DNA of 64,000 nt from the NCBI GenBank assembly GCA_030770535.1, contig JASVEC010000017.1, positions 186,001-250,000 on the forward strand. The letters run 5' to 3'. The position numbers and the translations under genes are program-made. This DNA is from Batkoa obscura. Its lineage: Eukaryota. Below, piece after piece: positions 26,423 to 42,279 of this stretch; position 1 is the first letter of the stretch, and every line of letters starts with the position of its first letter. The notes under the pieces are model-generated. The model was not told the DNA's origin, did no database searches, and saw only the letters and a list, made by a program, of their open reading frames with translations.

Positions 26423-27550
26423 TATAAAAAACAAGTTCAATTTAAATAGTGTTAAATTAAATTACAAAAAATTTGCTAAAAATTTGCTTTTTTAAAATAT
26501 TTTAATAATTATAAATATTAAAAAAAAATTAAAATTAAATCATTTATTTTATATTATAAAATAAGCCTTGAATAACTATTTCTATTTTTTAAGTTTAAAA
26601 TTAAAATAAAAGGGTTTTCTTAATTATTTTTTTGATTTAACAAAAAAATGCTATTTTAGCTTAATTTTAGCTTAATTTTAGACTTAGGTAAGTTTTTTTT
26701 AAATAAAAAGCTAATTAATAGTTTTAAAATTGTTTTAGTATATAAAAATAAGTATAATTTTTGAATATGTTTTTTGTTTTAGCTTTTTTTAACTTTTTTG
26801 ACTTTCTGACCTTCCCTTGCACATTATCAATAATGCTTTAAAACTTAAACTATGATAACATAAAGAATCTTGAATGAAATAATATTACTAGATTGAACTT
26901 TAAAATAAACATTTGTAAATGATATTGTTTTTGTGTTTTGTAAACACAGTATATAGGGTAAAGCTTGGATCCAACGCTATTTAGCTAAATAGTATTATTG
27001 TTATAAGGGACAGTGATGATATATAGACGTGGTTACCTTATGATTAAAATTCGATCAAATTTATTATTATTTACAAATCTAAAAGTGAATCTATGTTTAT
27101 AAAGGAATAGATATATTAGGCCTTTATATAAAAAATAATCCATATAATAAATTGTTGACATTTTTTGATCAGTATTAAACATTTAAAAAATAAGATATTA
27201 TCTTATGGAATTTTAGTTAAATTGAAATTAATGCCTTGCGGCTGTTACAACCCTTTTGAGCTTTTTATAGTTCTTGTTTTTATAATCATATTATATGTAT
27301 GGCCAATTTTTTAAAGCTTAATTCTTACAATTTAACTGAGTTTTAAAATAAACTTTACCTTAAATGAGCAGCTAATTAAGACATAAATGAGTCGCAACAC
27401 TTGCAAACTAACTTGATTTTTATGAATAAAAAATAGCCACTCTTACAACAAAGCTATCAAATAAAAATGAAACTGCTAACAAACGGACTAACAATCAAAA
27501 GAACAAAAAAAATTCAAGAATCAGTTTTTTGATCAAAATAATCAATTCTA

Positions 27551-29233
27551 ATGGAAAAAAACCGGGGGATAAGAGAATTGTAAGTAATATAATAATACAG
27601 TTTGTAACAATTAATTCTATAAACATAATAGAGAAATAGGTATCTTGGAATATTTATATCGTAAAGGATATACTCAAAGCTATAATGAGTTTCGTAAAGA
27701 AAGTGATATTGATGTATTTCATCCAAAACAAAATGGAGAAGATACTATTGTACAAAATCCCAGGGTGAACCATTTATTGGAAAAAAAATGGAGCTCAGCG
27801 TCTAATTTACAACAGAAGGTAAGTTATTGTTTTAATTTTTCGGTATTAAAACTAAGCTAAATACACAATTCCATTTAATAATATTTAAATTTAGGTAATA
27901 GAATTAGAAGAAGAGTTAAAGCAAAAAAAGGAGAATAAAAAAGAGAGTCAATTTAATAAAAATTATTTACCAAAACCACCAAAGTTGTTAGAAATGTCAG
28001 GACACAGAATGGCTATTACTGCCGTTTTATTTCATCCAATTTATAACTTATTGTTTACTGGTTCAGAAGATTGTACCATTAGAGTTTGGGATTATGAAAA
28101 TGGGGGCTATGAAAGGAGCATTAAAGGACATACAAAACCTATTCATCAGTTAGCAGTTTCCAATGAAAAGGGGAGTTTATTAGGTAAATATAGCTAGACT
28201 AAATAGAAATTTTGTAACAATAGAATTCAAATTAATTATCTCTTTTATTTAGCTTCTTGCTCCAGTGATTTAAGTATAAAAATATGGGATATTAATAATG
28301 ATTACCAATGTATAAAAACTTTAATGGGTCATGATCATTCTGTTTCTTCAATTAAATTTAGTCCCAATAATGACTTACTTTTATCCGCTTCAAGAGATAA
28401 ATCGATTAAGATCTGGGAAGTTAGTACTGGGTAATTGAAATTTGTTCTTTTTATTAATACGAATTATTTATATTAATATTATTTTTAATTAGTTATTGTT
28501 TAAAAACAATTAATGGTAATAGCGAATGGATTAGAAGTATTGATATTTCTTTGGATTGTAGTACTATTGTAGCCGGCTCTTTTGATCATGTAATTCAGTT
28601 GAATTATTTTTGTTTATAACCTATTTATTTATACGTAATAATATTTTAGATGGTAAGGACGTATGATTTTAATTCGGGAGAATTAAAGAATATACTTAAA
28701 GCTCATAATAATGTAGTTGAATACGTTAATTTTTTACCAGTTCAATCATACCCGTTTATTAAAGATTTGTGTGATTTAAATGTAATTAATATAGTTTGAT
28801 TTATTATTAAAAGCAATTTTTATCATAATATATTTAGACAATTCCAAATGTACCAGGCCAATTTATAATATCTTGTTCAAGGGATAAAACATTGGCTTTA
28901 TATAATATTCAAGGCCAAGTTTTATACCAATTTGTAATACTATTTTATTGTATTTATATTATAAATATATTAACAATTTTAATATTAAAATTTATATAGA
29001 AAGGACATGATAATTGGGTAAAACAAATGGTAGTTACTGGAGGTGGTAAATATATGTTAAGTATCAGTGATGATAAAACATTAAAAGCTTGGGATCTTCA
29101 AACAGGAAGAGTATTACGTACTATTTTATTAGATGAGCAATTCCCTACTTCCATTGCTATGTCAAAAGATGGCTTATATTGTGCTACTACTTTTCCAGAT
29201 GGTAAAATTTCTGTTTGGAATTGTTTTAAATAA
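27551..29233 (+). CDS. PAC1: LIS1/PAC1/NudF dynein regulator (LisH, coiled coil, WD40), spliced
   Basis: Lis[83 protein letters not shown]. Confidence 0.9.
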
Positions 29234-29367
29234 AATAAGAATGAGAATAAAAATGTTACAATGGAATAAAATAATATGAATATTTATTGTTTTTTTATAA
29301 AATTGTTTATCATTATACTATTGTTATTTTAAAATTTAAAAGTATTGAAATAAATATACTTTATTTT

Positions 29368-30092
29368 TTAATGATTACTTTTTTTATGCCTATTTAAAGC
29401 AGAACGTTCAGTAAATGATTTACCACAATAGTCGATATCGCAAAATAATCTAGGTTTATTAGGTTCAGCGAACTCTAATTTAGGGATAGGTATATGATTT
29501 GAATCATTCACTATTATATAAAAAAATATTATTTAAATAAAAAAAATAACTTTAAAGACAAACTAATAAATATTACCAATCTCAAAAAAGGGTAGACTAT
29601 GCCCATTAATTTCCGCTTTAACTTTTTCATATTTTCTTACTTTATAAAATTTATTGACTTTAAATCCTTTAAATTTTTGTTCTTTTAAAAACTGGTGTAA
29701 CTTAGTTTGTTGTAATAGTTGAAAATTAACATCTCGACGTAAACGTTCCCGTCCAGCTATTATTGAAATTAACTTATTAATTTACTATTATTAACTATCA
29801 TAACTTTAAATTTACTTATTGAATATCCAGAGATATCTTTTATACATGGTGGCCTAAAAGAGATGGTTATTTTTTAGTTGAAATTCTATATTGAATAATT
29901 TGACTGTTATCATTACCATGCTCTTTTACCAAATTTTGAATAATTGCCATTGACATTAAAATCAATTATCTTTTCATTTTTTTCTTCCTGTGCTTTTGTA
30001 TTTAATTCCGTTGCATTTTCATTTTGTTGTGATCTCGTAATTGAATCCATTGTATTCTCATCCTGTTGTAATATTTCTTTTAATGAAGACAT
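29368..30092 (-). CDS. Small protein with a single C-terminal C2H2 zinc finger, 3 introns; absent from the ORF track
   Basis: Manual splicing MSSLKEILQQ...GKRAW/PPCIKDISGYSI/...; last exon ends FCDIDYCGKSFTERSALNRHKKSNH*. Confidence 0.75.
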
Positions 30093-30495
30093 GTTTTGTA
30101 TTATTTTTATTTTTATAATTTAACTAAGATTGGTTATAGATTAATTTGGTGTTTATTCATAAGTAAATTTTTTAAAATTTGTAATATGAATTTTTATTTG
30201 AAGATTGGAAAACATAACTTCAAATGGATTCAAAAATAATACCAGTTTTTAAAACTAAAAGAATCACCATCGGTTTAAATCTGACATTTTGCAAATAAAA
30301 ACTGACTCACTTCAAACGGACTTATCAATTTAACCAATCAAATTCTTAACTACTCTATTTTTTAATGTAATCAATTCATTAAGCATTTTTAAACAGAGAG
30401 ACGCTTTTTTACAGAAATTAACTTTTAAATTCAATCAATTTATTTTACATTTATCATCATTAATACTTCTACTTTGCAATCAAAATAAATTTAAC

Positions 30496-32094
30496 ATGTC
30501 TTCAGAAAAGGAATTTAATAATGGAACCAATGGGTTTACTTATATCCAACCCAAACCTAACGACGATATGATGGAAGACGAGATAATAGATGGCAACGAA
30601 ATGGAACAAGGAGGTCTCAATCATTTTAATTTTAATTTCGAATCCAATAATCAGTCTTTTCAACCAGATGCTTCCAATTTAAGTAATTTTAGCTTAAAAT
30701 CCACTTACCACTCTCTACAACAACTTGAGAACGAGCGACAAAATCTTGAGAATGAGAGAAAAAATGTAGAAAAGAAGATAATGCAACAGCTTAAAGAAGA
30801 ACAGAAAAATATTGATAAAAAGATTAAAGAAAAGATGAAAAAAATAGAACAACTAAAAATGGAAATATTTCATGATCAAAAAGATAAGGAGGCATTAGAA
30901 AAAAAATTATTAGAAATGAAAGGACCAAAGACAAAGTCAGTAATAAGAGGTATCAATCAACCAAAAGTACTATTAACTTTTTCTAGTAATTCGAAAGCAA
31001 GACAACCCAATATTGATCGAAAATTAAATATGATTGAAGATTTTAAAAGCCGAACAATGAGTATTAAAGATATATGTGAAAAGTATAAAATTACAAGACA
31101 AACATTTTATAATATTAAAAAAAGTTATCAGGTTTACCAAGCTGGTTTAGAAGTGGAAAAAGAAGATTCAAGAGGTCGAAACTGTTTATTAAATAAAGAT
31201 CAATTAGCTAGTATATTTTATGAAGTGGAAAGTCGACAAAATGGAGAACAAACGGGTAAAGAATTAGTTAACCTTGTTCAAGAACAATTTGGTAAAAAAG
31301 TATCTACTAGTACAATTTATAGAGGTTTATTGAAAGCAGAATGTACTTGGAAAACTAATTCTAATATACCAGATTATTGGAATAAACCTCAAATTTTAGA
31401 ATTAAGAAAAAAATATGTTCAAAGTTTACCATATGATCGAAAAAATAAAAAAGAATATTATGTGTGTGAAGTTAGTTTTAATTTAGATTTAACTTTAGGT
31501 TATACTTGGGCATTAAAGGGAAATACAGAAACATTAGAAAAGAGAAATAAATCAAAACCTATTCATTTACTTTTAGCTATTTGTAATTCAGGTGATATTA
31601 TTAAAATGTATTTTAATCGAGATAAGAAAGAAATGTTAAAATCAATTACAGAAGAAGAGTTTAAATTATTTTTTGAAGAAAATATTCATTTATTTAATAA
31701 TTCAATTGTTTATTTAAATAATAATAAATTTTATTCTATTGCATTTACTCATCCTAAATTTACTAATAAATTAATGGAAAATAATATATATTGTATTTGG
31801 TATCCACCTTATTCACCTTATTTAAATCCAGCTGAATATTTTATTAATTATTTAAAAAGAGATGTTGGTGATAAACAATACAAATCAAGAGATGAATTAT
31901 ATTTTACAATTGAATGTAGTATCAATTCTAATTATACTAATAGAAATATTCAGTTATTCATTGATAAAGCAGAATCCTTATTTCAAGACTGTTTAATTGA
32001 ATCACCTATTGTTGGATTTATGTTACCTAATATTAATCAAATAGAAATTGATAATCAAAATAGTTCAAATAGTTTTAGTATTAATAGTACTTAA
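30496..32094 (+). CDS. IS630/Tc1-type transposase-derived protein (acidic N-terminus, coiled coil, 2 HTH, degenerate DDE domain)
   Basis: HTH KDICEKYKITRQTFYNIKK, second HTH VSTSTIYRGL, GYTWALKG, WYPPYSPYLNPAEY; the first two catalytic Asp positions read C (YYVCEVSF) and N (VYLNNNKF). Confidence 0.85.
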   Translation: MSSEKEFNNGTNGFTYIQPKPNDDMMEDEIIDGNEMEQGGLNHFNFNFESNNQSFQPDASNLSNFSLKSTYHSLQQLENERQNLENERKNVEKKIMQQLKEEQKNIDKKIKEKMKKIEQLKMEIFHDQKDKEALEKKLLEMKGPKTKSVIRGINQPKVLLTFSSNSKARQPNIDRKLNMIEDFKSRTMSIKDICEKYKITRQTFYNIKKSYQVYQAGLEVEKEDSRGRNCLLNKDQLASIFYEVESRQNGEQTGKELVNLVQEQFGKKVSTSTIYRGLLKAECTWKTNSNIPDYWNKPQILELRKKYVQSLPYDRKNKKEYYVCEVSFNLDLTLGYTWALKGNTETLEKRNKSKPIHLLLAICNSGDIIKMYFNRDKKEMLKSITEEEFKLFFEENIHLFNNSIVYLNNNKFYSIAFTHPKFTNKLMENNIYCIWYPPYSPYLNPAEYFINYLKRDVGDKQYKSRDELYFTIECSINSNYTNRNIQLFIDKAESLFQDCLIESPIVGFMLPNINQIEIDNQNSSNSFSINST

Positions 32095-32213
32095 TCCTCA
32101 AGTTTAATATTGATATTACTTGGCTATCTAGTTTAAGTAGATATTGCTTAATCTTCGAATTTAAGTCATTTGTTTTTATTATTATAAATTTAAACTAATA
32201 AATATTATATACT

Positions 32214-32357
32214 ATTTGGGAGTATTTTTTGGTTTCATCACTTTTTCCATTTTTGAGCGCTATTTGAGTGGAAAAATTATTGGTAAAATTATTAAACAAA
32301 AAAATAAAAAATAAAAAATAAAAAATAAATAAAAAATAAAATAAAAGTACATCTATA
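32214..32357 (+). mobile_element. Family-A MITE with (AAAAAAT)n expansion in the right terminus
   Basis: Same core; A-rich tandem expansion before gtacatct. Confidence 0.75.
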
Positions 32358-32397
32358 ATAAAATTTTTAATTTAATTTGATTCTTCTTATTTAAAGA

Positions 32398-35111
<2,714 letters not shown>

Positions 35112-35280
35112 TTTAAAAAGTTATTAAAAAAAATAAAACTTAAAAATTGAAATTTAATTCTGAAAAATTGAATTTGAAATTCAAAAAATTGAATATAAAT
35201 TTCAACTACTTGATAATTTAAAAATATAGTATCAAATAATAGTATTAAAAGTTTTAATTTTATTTTATTCTACCAATTCT

Positions 35281-36018
35281 TTATTCTTCATTATTAGGTT
35301 CAACGATCCCTTTTTCCAACAACATTTTTTCCAATTCCCCATTCTGGTGCATTTGCATTAGGATATCACAACCACCAATGAATTCTCCTTTAATATAAAG
35401 TTGTGGAATAGTTGGCCAGGAACTAATAAATAAACAATATTAAAAAAATTAATAATAACTAAATTAAATCAATAAGAAAACTTACGAATACTCCTTAATA
35501 CCAGAACGAATTTCTTCATCTTCTAATACATTAACCGAGGAAAAGGTATCAATACCTGAATAGATAAAAATCAATTATAAGCAAATAAATAAATAAAAAT
35601 ATCCTTCTCTTTTATAATAAAACTATGTTTTTACCTTGCATGTTCAAAACAGCTACGGCAGCACGGGAGAATCCACACTAATAATTTATTAAAATTCTAT
35701 TCTATTTTTAAAATAGCTATTAATAAAATGAAATCTACCTGAGGATAATCGGGAGTACCTTTCATAAATAAACATACCGATTGGGCGTTAATAGCCTGAA
35801 AAAATAAATATAGAATAAAATAATCTAGTAAAATTCTTTACCTTTTCAATCACTTGTTTAGTATCAGTAGATAAAAATTTAGTTAATCCAAACTTGGGTT
35901 GTTGGAATAAATTCTAATTAATGTTAAATATTAATCAATTCTTTCTTTTTAATTAAAAATTGTTTTAAACTCGGATTCTTCTACTTACTTTACTTAATAC
36001 TCGAAATCTACTTATCAT
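35281..36018 (-). CDS. GRX5: Mitochondrial monothiol glutaredoxin, spliced
   Basis: [45 protein letters not shown]; Arg-rich presequence. Confidence 0.92.
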
Positions 36019-36729
36019 TTTTTTATTGATTAAAAGTTGTTGATTTGAGTTGAATCAGATCTGATAATCAAATAGTAAAAATTGCACTAGATTTGAGATT
36101 TTTAATCAAATGGACTCAGCTCGCGTTTTCATTGTTGCAAAAATTGAGTGTTTATTTTATTATTAAAACTCAATAAACTGTTTTCACATATGATTACTAA
36201 GATAGATATTATTAGTTTTTAATATAATTATTATTAAACATTTTGGTTTATTTATTTATTATAATAGGAGTTATTTTATTAATATATCAAAAATATAGCT
36301 ATTTAATTAATGCTTTGAAATTTTATATCTTAATAACATCTTTTTTCAATTAATCAATTTTTTTTGGTATTTTTATATATATTTAAAATTTTAAATTTTA
36401 AATTTAAAATAAATATTAACGTTTTTTATAAATAATACATTTATAGATAACACTTTATTTTTTATTTTTTTATCCTTTATTTTTTATCATAATATATAAT
36501 AAGCATTAATTAAAAATAAAATCAACTTAAAAAATATAAACATAAAATCTAAGATAAATTCTACTTATTTCTATAAATGATTTTAATCTTTAGCATTTGT
36601 AATAATTATTCAATACTATCAGTATATAAAATACTTTTAAAGTTTAAAATAAATTAAATTAATTATTTTGAAAGACATAATAAAGTTTAATATTTACTAA
36701 TTAAAAATGACTTTTATAATTTTTATATA

Positions 36730-38845
36730 TACTATTATCTTCATCTTTTAATTTTCTTTTAACTGAGGAATCATGACCAACCTCATTATTACTATTATTA
36801 TCCCTGATTTAACTAAAGATTCTTCGATTTTAATAAATTGATTCAAAATACCTTGAGCAGTAGCATCTTCCTTATTATTTTTATTCTTTACTATTACTTC
36901 CGATTTAATATTTTCTTCTTTTACTTTAGCTAAATAAAATTATTCTTAATTTATTATTAAATAAAAAAACCAAATAAAACTTACGCATACTAATACATTC
37001 CAAACATGTCATATCATTACGATTATATTTAAGATCTACTTTACATTTTTCATTTAAAGCACAACATATAATTATTGCATCTTTAAATAACCTTTCTTTT
37101 AAAATCAATCTTGGTAATAAATCATCAATCATAAAATAAAATTGTTGATGACCATTTTTAGTAAATGTCATATAATGGCCATTTAAACCATGTTTTTCTC
37201 GAAATAAAGTTACTGAACTTAAATTATATTTTACTTTTCTTTTATCTGTTATATATGCTCTTAAATATAATTTATTATCAAATTTAATATCATTTTTAAT
37301 CCTTACTGAATCTTTAGGAGGTTTATCAATGTGTTATCAATAATACTTTTGCTGATTTGTAAAGTTTTATTTGTTGTTAACATTGGGAACAATAAGTTTG
37401 AATTGGCTTTATTGCAAAATAGTCCATTAAACATTGTTCAACACTTTTATGTAATTTCATCTCTCCTTCATTGGTGTATTCAAAACTGAATAAATTTAAA
37501 AAGTGGGTAAAATTAGAGTTATTACTTTCATGTCCTTTTGTATTACCTTTAATTATATCTTTTGTGATTATTCCAAATATTTGACATATTGGGTTATTAA
37601 TTTGATCAATTTTATTTAATAATCTAAATAAACTCAATTATCTAATAAATACATTTTAATAGACCAACAATATTTTAATTACTCTGAAGGATGATTCAAT
37701 TTAAAATATTTTTCAATTTCTTCAAGTAATTCCGAATTCACCAATATCTATTGTTTTAAGCATCTTTAATACCATACAGTGCTTTTTCTATTAATAAATC
37801 ACTTACATTCTAAATGGTCATATCTTAGCATTAAATCTTTAAAATACTCTAAATTTAATAAAGATTGGAAAGAGGCGTTACCATAACTTAATTGCTTTCG
37901 AGATGGATTTCTTAAATCAATTCCATGATCACCTAAATCTGGATACCTATTTTTTAATTTTAAATATATTGGTTTATATGAATTTAGTTCTCCTGCTCTA
38001 TCATTCATTTTAATTGTATTAGTTACACCGACTTTCTCATTTTCATCTATTTGTATAACTATAATAGTAAATTAAATTAAAAGTTAAATTTATTTATAAA
38101 ACAATAACAATATCAAATACTACTTACATTTCTCATCACCAATCAAATAAACATTCCCAAGCTTTTTCAACTCCACTATTTCTTTTAATAATCTCAACTC
38201 TTTTAAAGCTTTTGATTCTTCCGTTTCAATACAATCTCCTAAAACATTTTCATTTTTTCAAAATAATCCAATTCTTTTCTTGGTAACTGTTTACATAATT
38301 TTATATAATAATCTTTAATCATGTTAAATAATTGTATCTTTTGAACGTCAGTCTGAAAACCACTGTTATCAATCCCATTTTCAACCCCTTATAAATTTAT
38401 TAATAATTTTCAAACTTACTTCTCCATAATCAGTCACTTACCTAACGACTCGAAAGCATTTTTATTACCATATACTCTTTCATTTAATTGAATTGCAGCT
38501 CAAGAGCCATCAGTATTAAATCTTGAAATTCCTTGGTTACAGCAAATGTCATCCCCAATATCAATTTCATCTGGATTCATTAAACCAGTTAAAAATCTTC
38601 CTAGTTTTTGATTATTAAAGGTGGGAGTTAAATAATTTTCTTTTAAAAAATTTGTAGAACTAGTTGGGTGATCTTAAAGCTTCTTGACCATTACAATAGT
38701 ATTTCCTGATATTTATTTTATTAGGATTGAATGGTACAATGGTAAATCTCAGTGGTCTTTGATTATTAAATGTAGGAGTTGCAATGTCTTTCTGAGTTCC
38801 GCTTGTAGATTTGGGGGTTTTCATACCGTTGAGATATCCATCCAT
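36730..38845 (-). pseudogene. Divergent ubiquitin-specific-protease (C19)-like gene with several stops/frameshifts
   Basis: Cys-box-like LRNPSRKQLSYGNASFQSLLNL (Ser at the Cys position), SVEQCLMDYF..CSQC, His-box-like YNLSSV...NGHYMTFTK...FYFMIDD; in-frame stops near 38500 and 37377; 3' boundary approximate. Confidence 0.6.
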
Positions 38846-39399
38846 TTATTAGTGAGTGTATTGAAATTATCTAAAGAATAAAGTTAGATACTTGAAATAT
38901 TAAGTTGATATAAGCATTTAAAATTTTTAGAAATATAGCTAAAAATTGCATAGAACAACTTGTAGCTAGGCGTATTGGTATTTTTTAATTTGTAGTTAAA
39001 TTCATATTAGAAAAAAGTGGCACCAAACTAAAAACAATGGAAGACATCTAACTGCAAGACGTTCTAAAGGCATTTGCAAATAAAAACGCTTAATATAAGG
39101 AAATAGTTTTGTAGAAGACTTTATTGCTTTGATTAGTGACAAAGTAAAATTAATCAATCGTTATACAACTCAAAGAGAAAAAAATAAAAAGGAATACTAA
39201 TCACTATATTAGGTAATAAACAAAGTACAGTCAAAGAAACCATCGCATGTTATTAAACTTACAAGCTATATCTATTATGAATTTAAATGTTCTACCAAGC
39301 AATTTCTTGTTCATTGTGATTAATATTAATACATTCGATATATAGTTTCAAACTAATTTAATTATGATTAGATTTTGAATTCATTTTAAAGTCTTTATG

Positions 39400-40370
39400 C
39401 AACAAGACCAAAATGATAAAAATAGCAAGAAATTAAGTGATAATAGCAAACAATAACGTACTACGTTAAGTAAAGATGGGAAAAAGAAATTATGGATGTT
39501 GGTAGAAGAGCAAAGGATGAGTACAGGATAGATGGTATCTCAGTTAAACCTAAAATATAATATCTGTAAACCATTTATTTACCGAGAAAAAAAATGATGA
39601 CCAATCATACATACAAAGTAGTAACAAGATGAAAGGTATCACTAATAAAACTAAAAACGATACTAGCAATCCAACCAAAGGTACTTCATGGGGAAAAGTT
39701 GTTGATCGAAGGAAGACCACAAAAGAGGCTTGAAAAGAATTAAACTTAAACCCTAGGACTGCAAGAAAAATTGATGCTAATAAAAGAAATAGTTTCGAAA
39801 ATGCTATTGATAATAACCAAGTAGCAACATAAGATACCGAATCAATGGAAAAATTTCTTCCTTGAGGATATATTAATAATGATAAAGAGACCAGAAAAAT
39901 TTTAGTAGAATTAATTTTTTATCAAAAAACGTTAGTTAAAGAAGCAATCAATAAGTTAAATATCAAATACGAAGCAGCAAAATACATTGCTGCACAAGTG
40001 AGAGAAAAATAAAAGCTACACAACTATGAAAAAATAGATAATCAAGCTAATAGCAGCTTAGAAAGCTCTACTCAAAGATGTAAAAGTAGAATAATTTGTG
40101 CTATCAAAGATACTTTATCGGAATCAATAAATATCCGAAGGAAATCCGAATTAAAGACATCAAAATTTTTTTACATAAATTGTTCCACAGAAAAAAGTAT
40201 CTAAAAGAAAGGAAAAAAGTAAAAGGAAAGAAAAAATAAAGAAAAAATAGTGACAGAAAAGGATGATGAAACTAATTTCAATGATGACCAAGAGCTTTTT
40301 AAGCTTAATAATGAAGAGGAAATTGCTGCATAGGAGGGTGGTGAAAATAATTATAAAAATGATCAGGTAT
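39400..40370 (+). pseudogene. Degenerate coding remnant with tandem HTH-like repeats
   Basis: Broken frames read KKKLWMLVEEQRMS...QLNLKYNICK, KVVDRRKTTKEA*KELNLNPRTARKI and KILVELIFYQKTLVKEAINKLNIKYEAAKYI. Confidence 0.4.
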
Positions 40371-41084
40371 TAATTTAAGTTAATAAAAATAATTTATAAA
40401 TTAATCTAAACTAGTATTTTCTTATAAACTTGTTTTGGTAATTTCAACTGATAAATAGCTTTTATACTATTGAATTTAAAATGTAAAAATCAAGAATTCT
40501 CAATGTTTTATCTTTTTTAAAACTGTTTAATAATTTTTACTTTAATAAATAATAATTTAATATTATTAATATAATAACAAAATATTATAATAATGACAAT
40601 AATAGTGATAATAGCAACATATTAGATTATATTTATTTATAAATAACTTTTTAGTTTAGGTTATAAATTTTGATCTAAATTGGCTTTTTTTTAAGCAATA
40701 GACTTTAAAAAAATTAATTAAATAACTGGTTTTAAAAATTACTGCTTTTTTTTAAAACTAAATTAAACCAGCTATAGTAATATTTATATTAGTTTTGTAG
40801 CTAATTGTTTTTTAATAATATAAATTTAAAAATATAAACCAGTATAAGCATGCAAATCATTTATTTGAATAATAATTATTTTTTGATAATTGCTAATAAC
40901 TAAGTAAATAACTTGCATTTTTACATTAGTTTATATTTTTAATGCTATATTAAATTAATTTTTATATATTTTTATATACTTATTATTATATTTATTATTA
41001 TTATTATTAAATTTTATTTTAATTTTATTTTAAACTTTTTAGTATTATATATATATATTTATTTATAAAATTAGTGTAGCTTTT

Positions 41085-41970
41085 TATGAAAGTTAATATT
41101 GGATAATTAGAGTTAAAAGCAGTTTTTGCTTAACTAACTAGCTATAAATCAATAAGAATGAAAATATACAATAAGTTACAAACTGTGAAATATTGGTTTA
41201 TTAGCTCTCAGATTGATTATAACACAACAATCACTCAAGTTGCTGTGTTCTCAAGTTCAAACACAATCAACTCAGAGTCCCTTATTTTGATTTGCTGCGA
41301 GAATTTCTAACTTCATATTGCAAACAATATTATCTTCTCGTTTTAATATCCATACTTATTGGAGTATAAAAGAGATCCTTCAATATGATAACTCGAGGCT
41401 TTTTAACTGAATTACTCCCTGATATCGTACTATTAATAAAGCCACTAAGTCTTTCTGACAACATCTTACGTAGATTTTATAGTAGTATCTTTTATTCTAT
41501 TTGTTTTACATAGTTCGTAACTTATTACGTATTATTCTTATTCATTTAAGTCTATCTTAGTTATATAAACTAAGACCGTTTGACTCAAGGCAAGTTAATC
41601 AACCAAGAACCGCTTTTAACTCCTACCACTGAGTACCAGCTTTCACAAAACTATATAAAATAAATAAAATAAAAAGTATTACTGTAAAATTTATATAAAA
41701 TATTATAAAACTTAATAGCTTTATTAAAAAATAATTAAAAAAAGCTTTAAATTACTATATTATTTTTTTTTATAAATACTTTAATCAGGCGGCTGTATAT
41801 AAAAAGCATAATAACAGCTATTTTCTATTATAGTTGCTAAGTATGGACATTAAAATATAAAAATAACATTTCTTATAATTAAGTGGTAAAATTTTTATAG
41901 CAAATTTAAATTTAAAAACATAGCAATTTTCAGTAGCAAAATTATTTAAAGCTAATCAAATTTATTATAT
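41085..41970 (-). mobile_element. Old AT-decayed LTR split by the younger solo LTR at 41184-41647
   Basis: The two flanks of the young LTR join into a reverse-orientation LTR copy (tatgaaagttaatatt..., ...ggctgtatataaaaagcataataacagc...gtatggacattaaaa). Confidence 0.75.
41184..41647 (+). mobile_element. Solo LTR, copy B
   Basis: TGTGAAA...TTTCACA termini; 4-bp TSD AAAC at 41180-41183 and 41648-41651. Confidence 0.9.
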
Positions 41971-42019
41971 AGTTAAATTTTGAACTTTATTTACATTTTT
42001 AATTCTCTTTAGCTATATT

Positions 42020-42279
42020 ATATAGGGAAGTATTTTTTGTTTAAGAATTTTACTAACAAATTTTCCACTTAAATAGCGTTTAAAAATGGAAAAAGGGATG
42101 AAACCAAAAAAACACCTTCATATATATATTATATTGTTTAAAATAATATATAAAAATAAATTAAATAATAACTTTTTAATTAGTTAAAATATTGTTTAAA
42201 AATTTTCTTAACAATTTTTTTGCTTAAACAATACTTGAAAAAATAGAAAAAGTGATGAAGCCAAAAAAACATACCTATT
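42020..42279 (-). mobile_element. Two family-A MITEs (42020-42123 and degenerate ~42183-42279)
   Basis: Same core sequence. Confidence 0.75.

Noticed and set aside
30100..32360. Transposase-like ORF as the autonomous partner of the adjacent MITE at 32214
   Set aside because: No matching TIR upstream of the ORF, catalytic residues are substituted, and the MITE's 4-bp TSD does not fit the TA duplication of Tc1/IS630
36730..40370. Stop-codon reassignment as the explanation for in-frame stops
   Set aside because: Stops occur together with frameshifts, and intact genes in the window terminate normally at TAA and TGA
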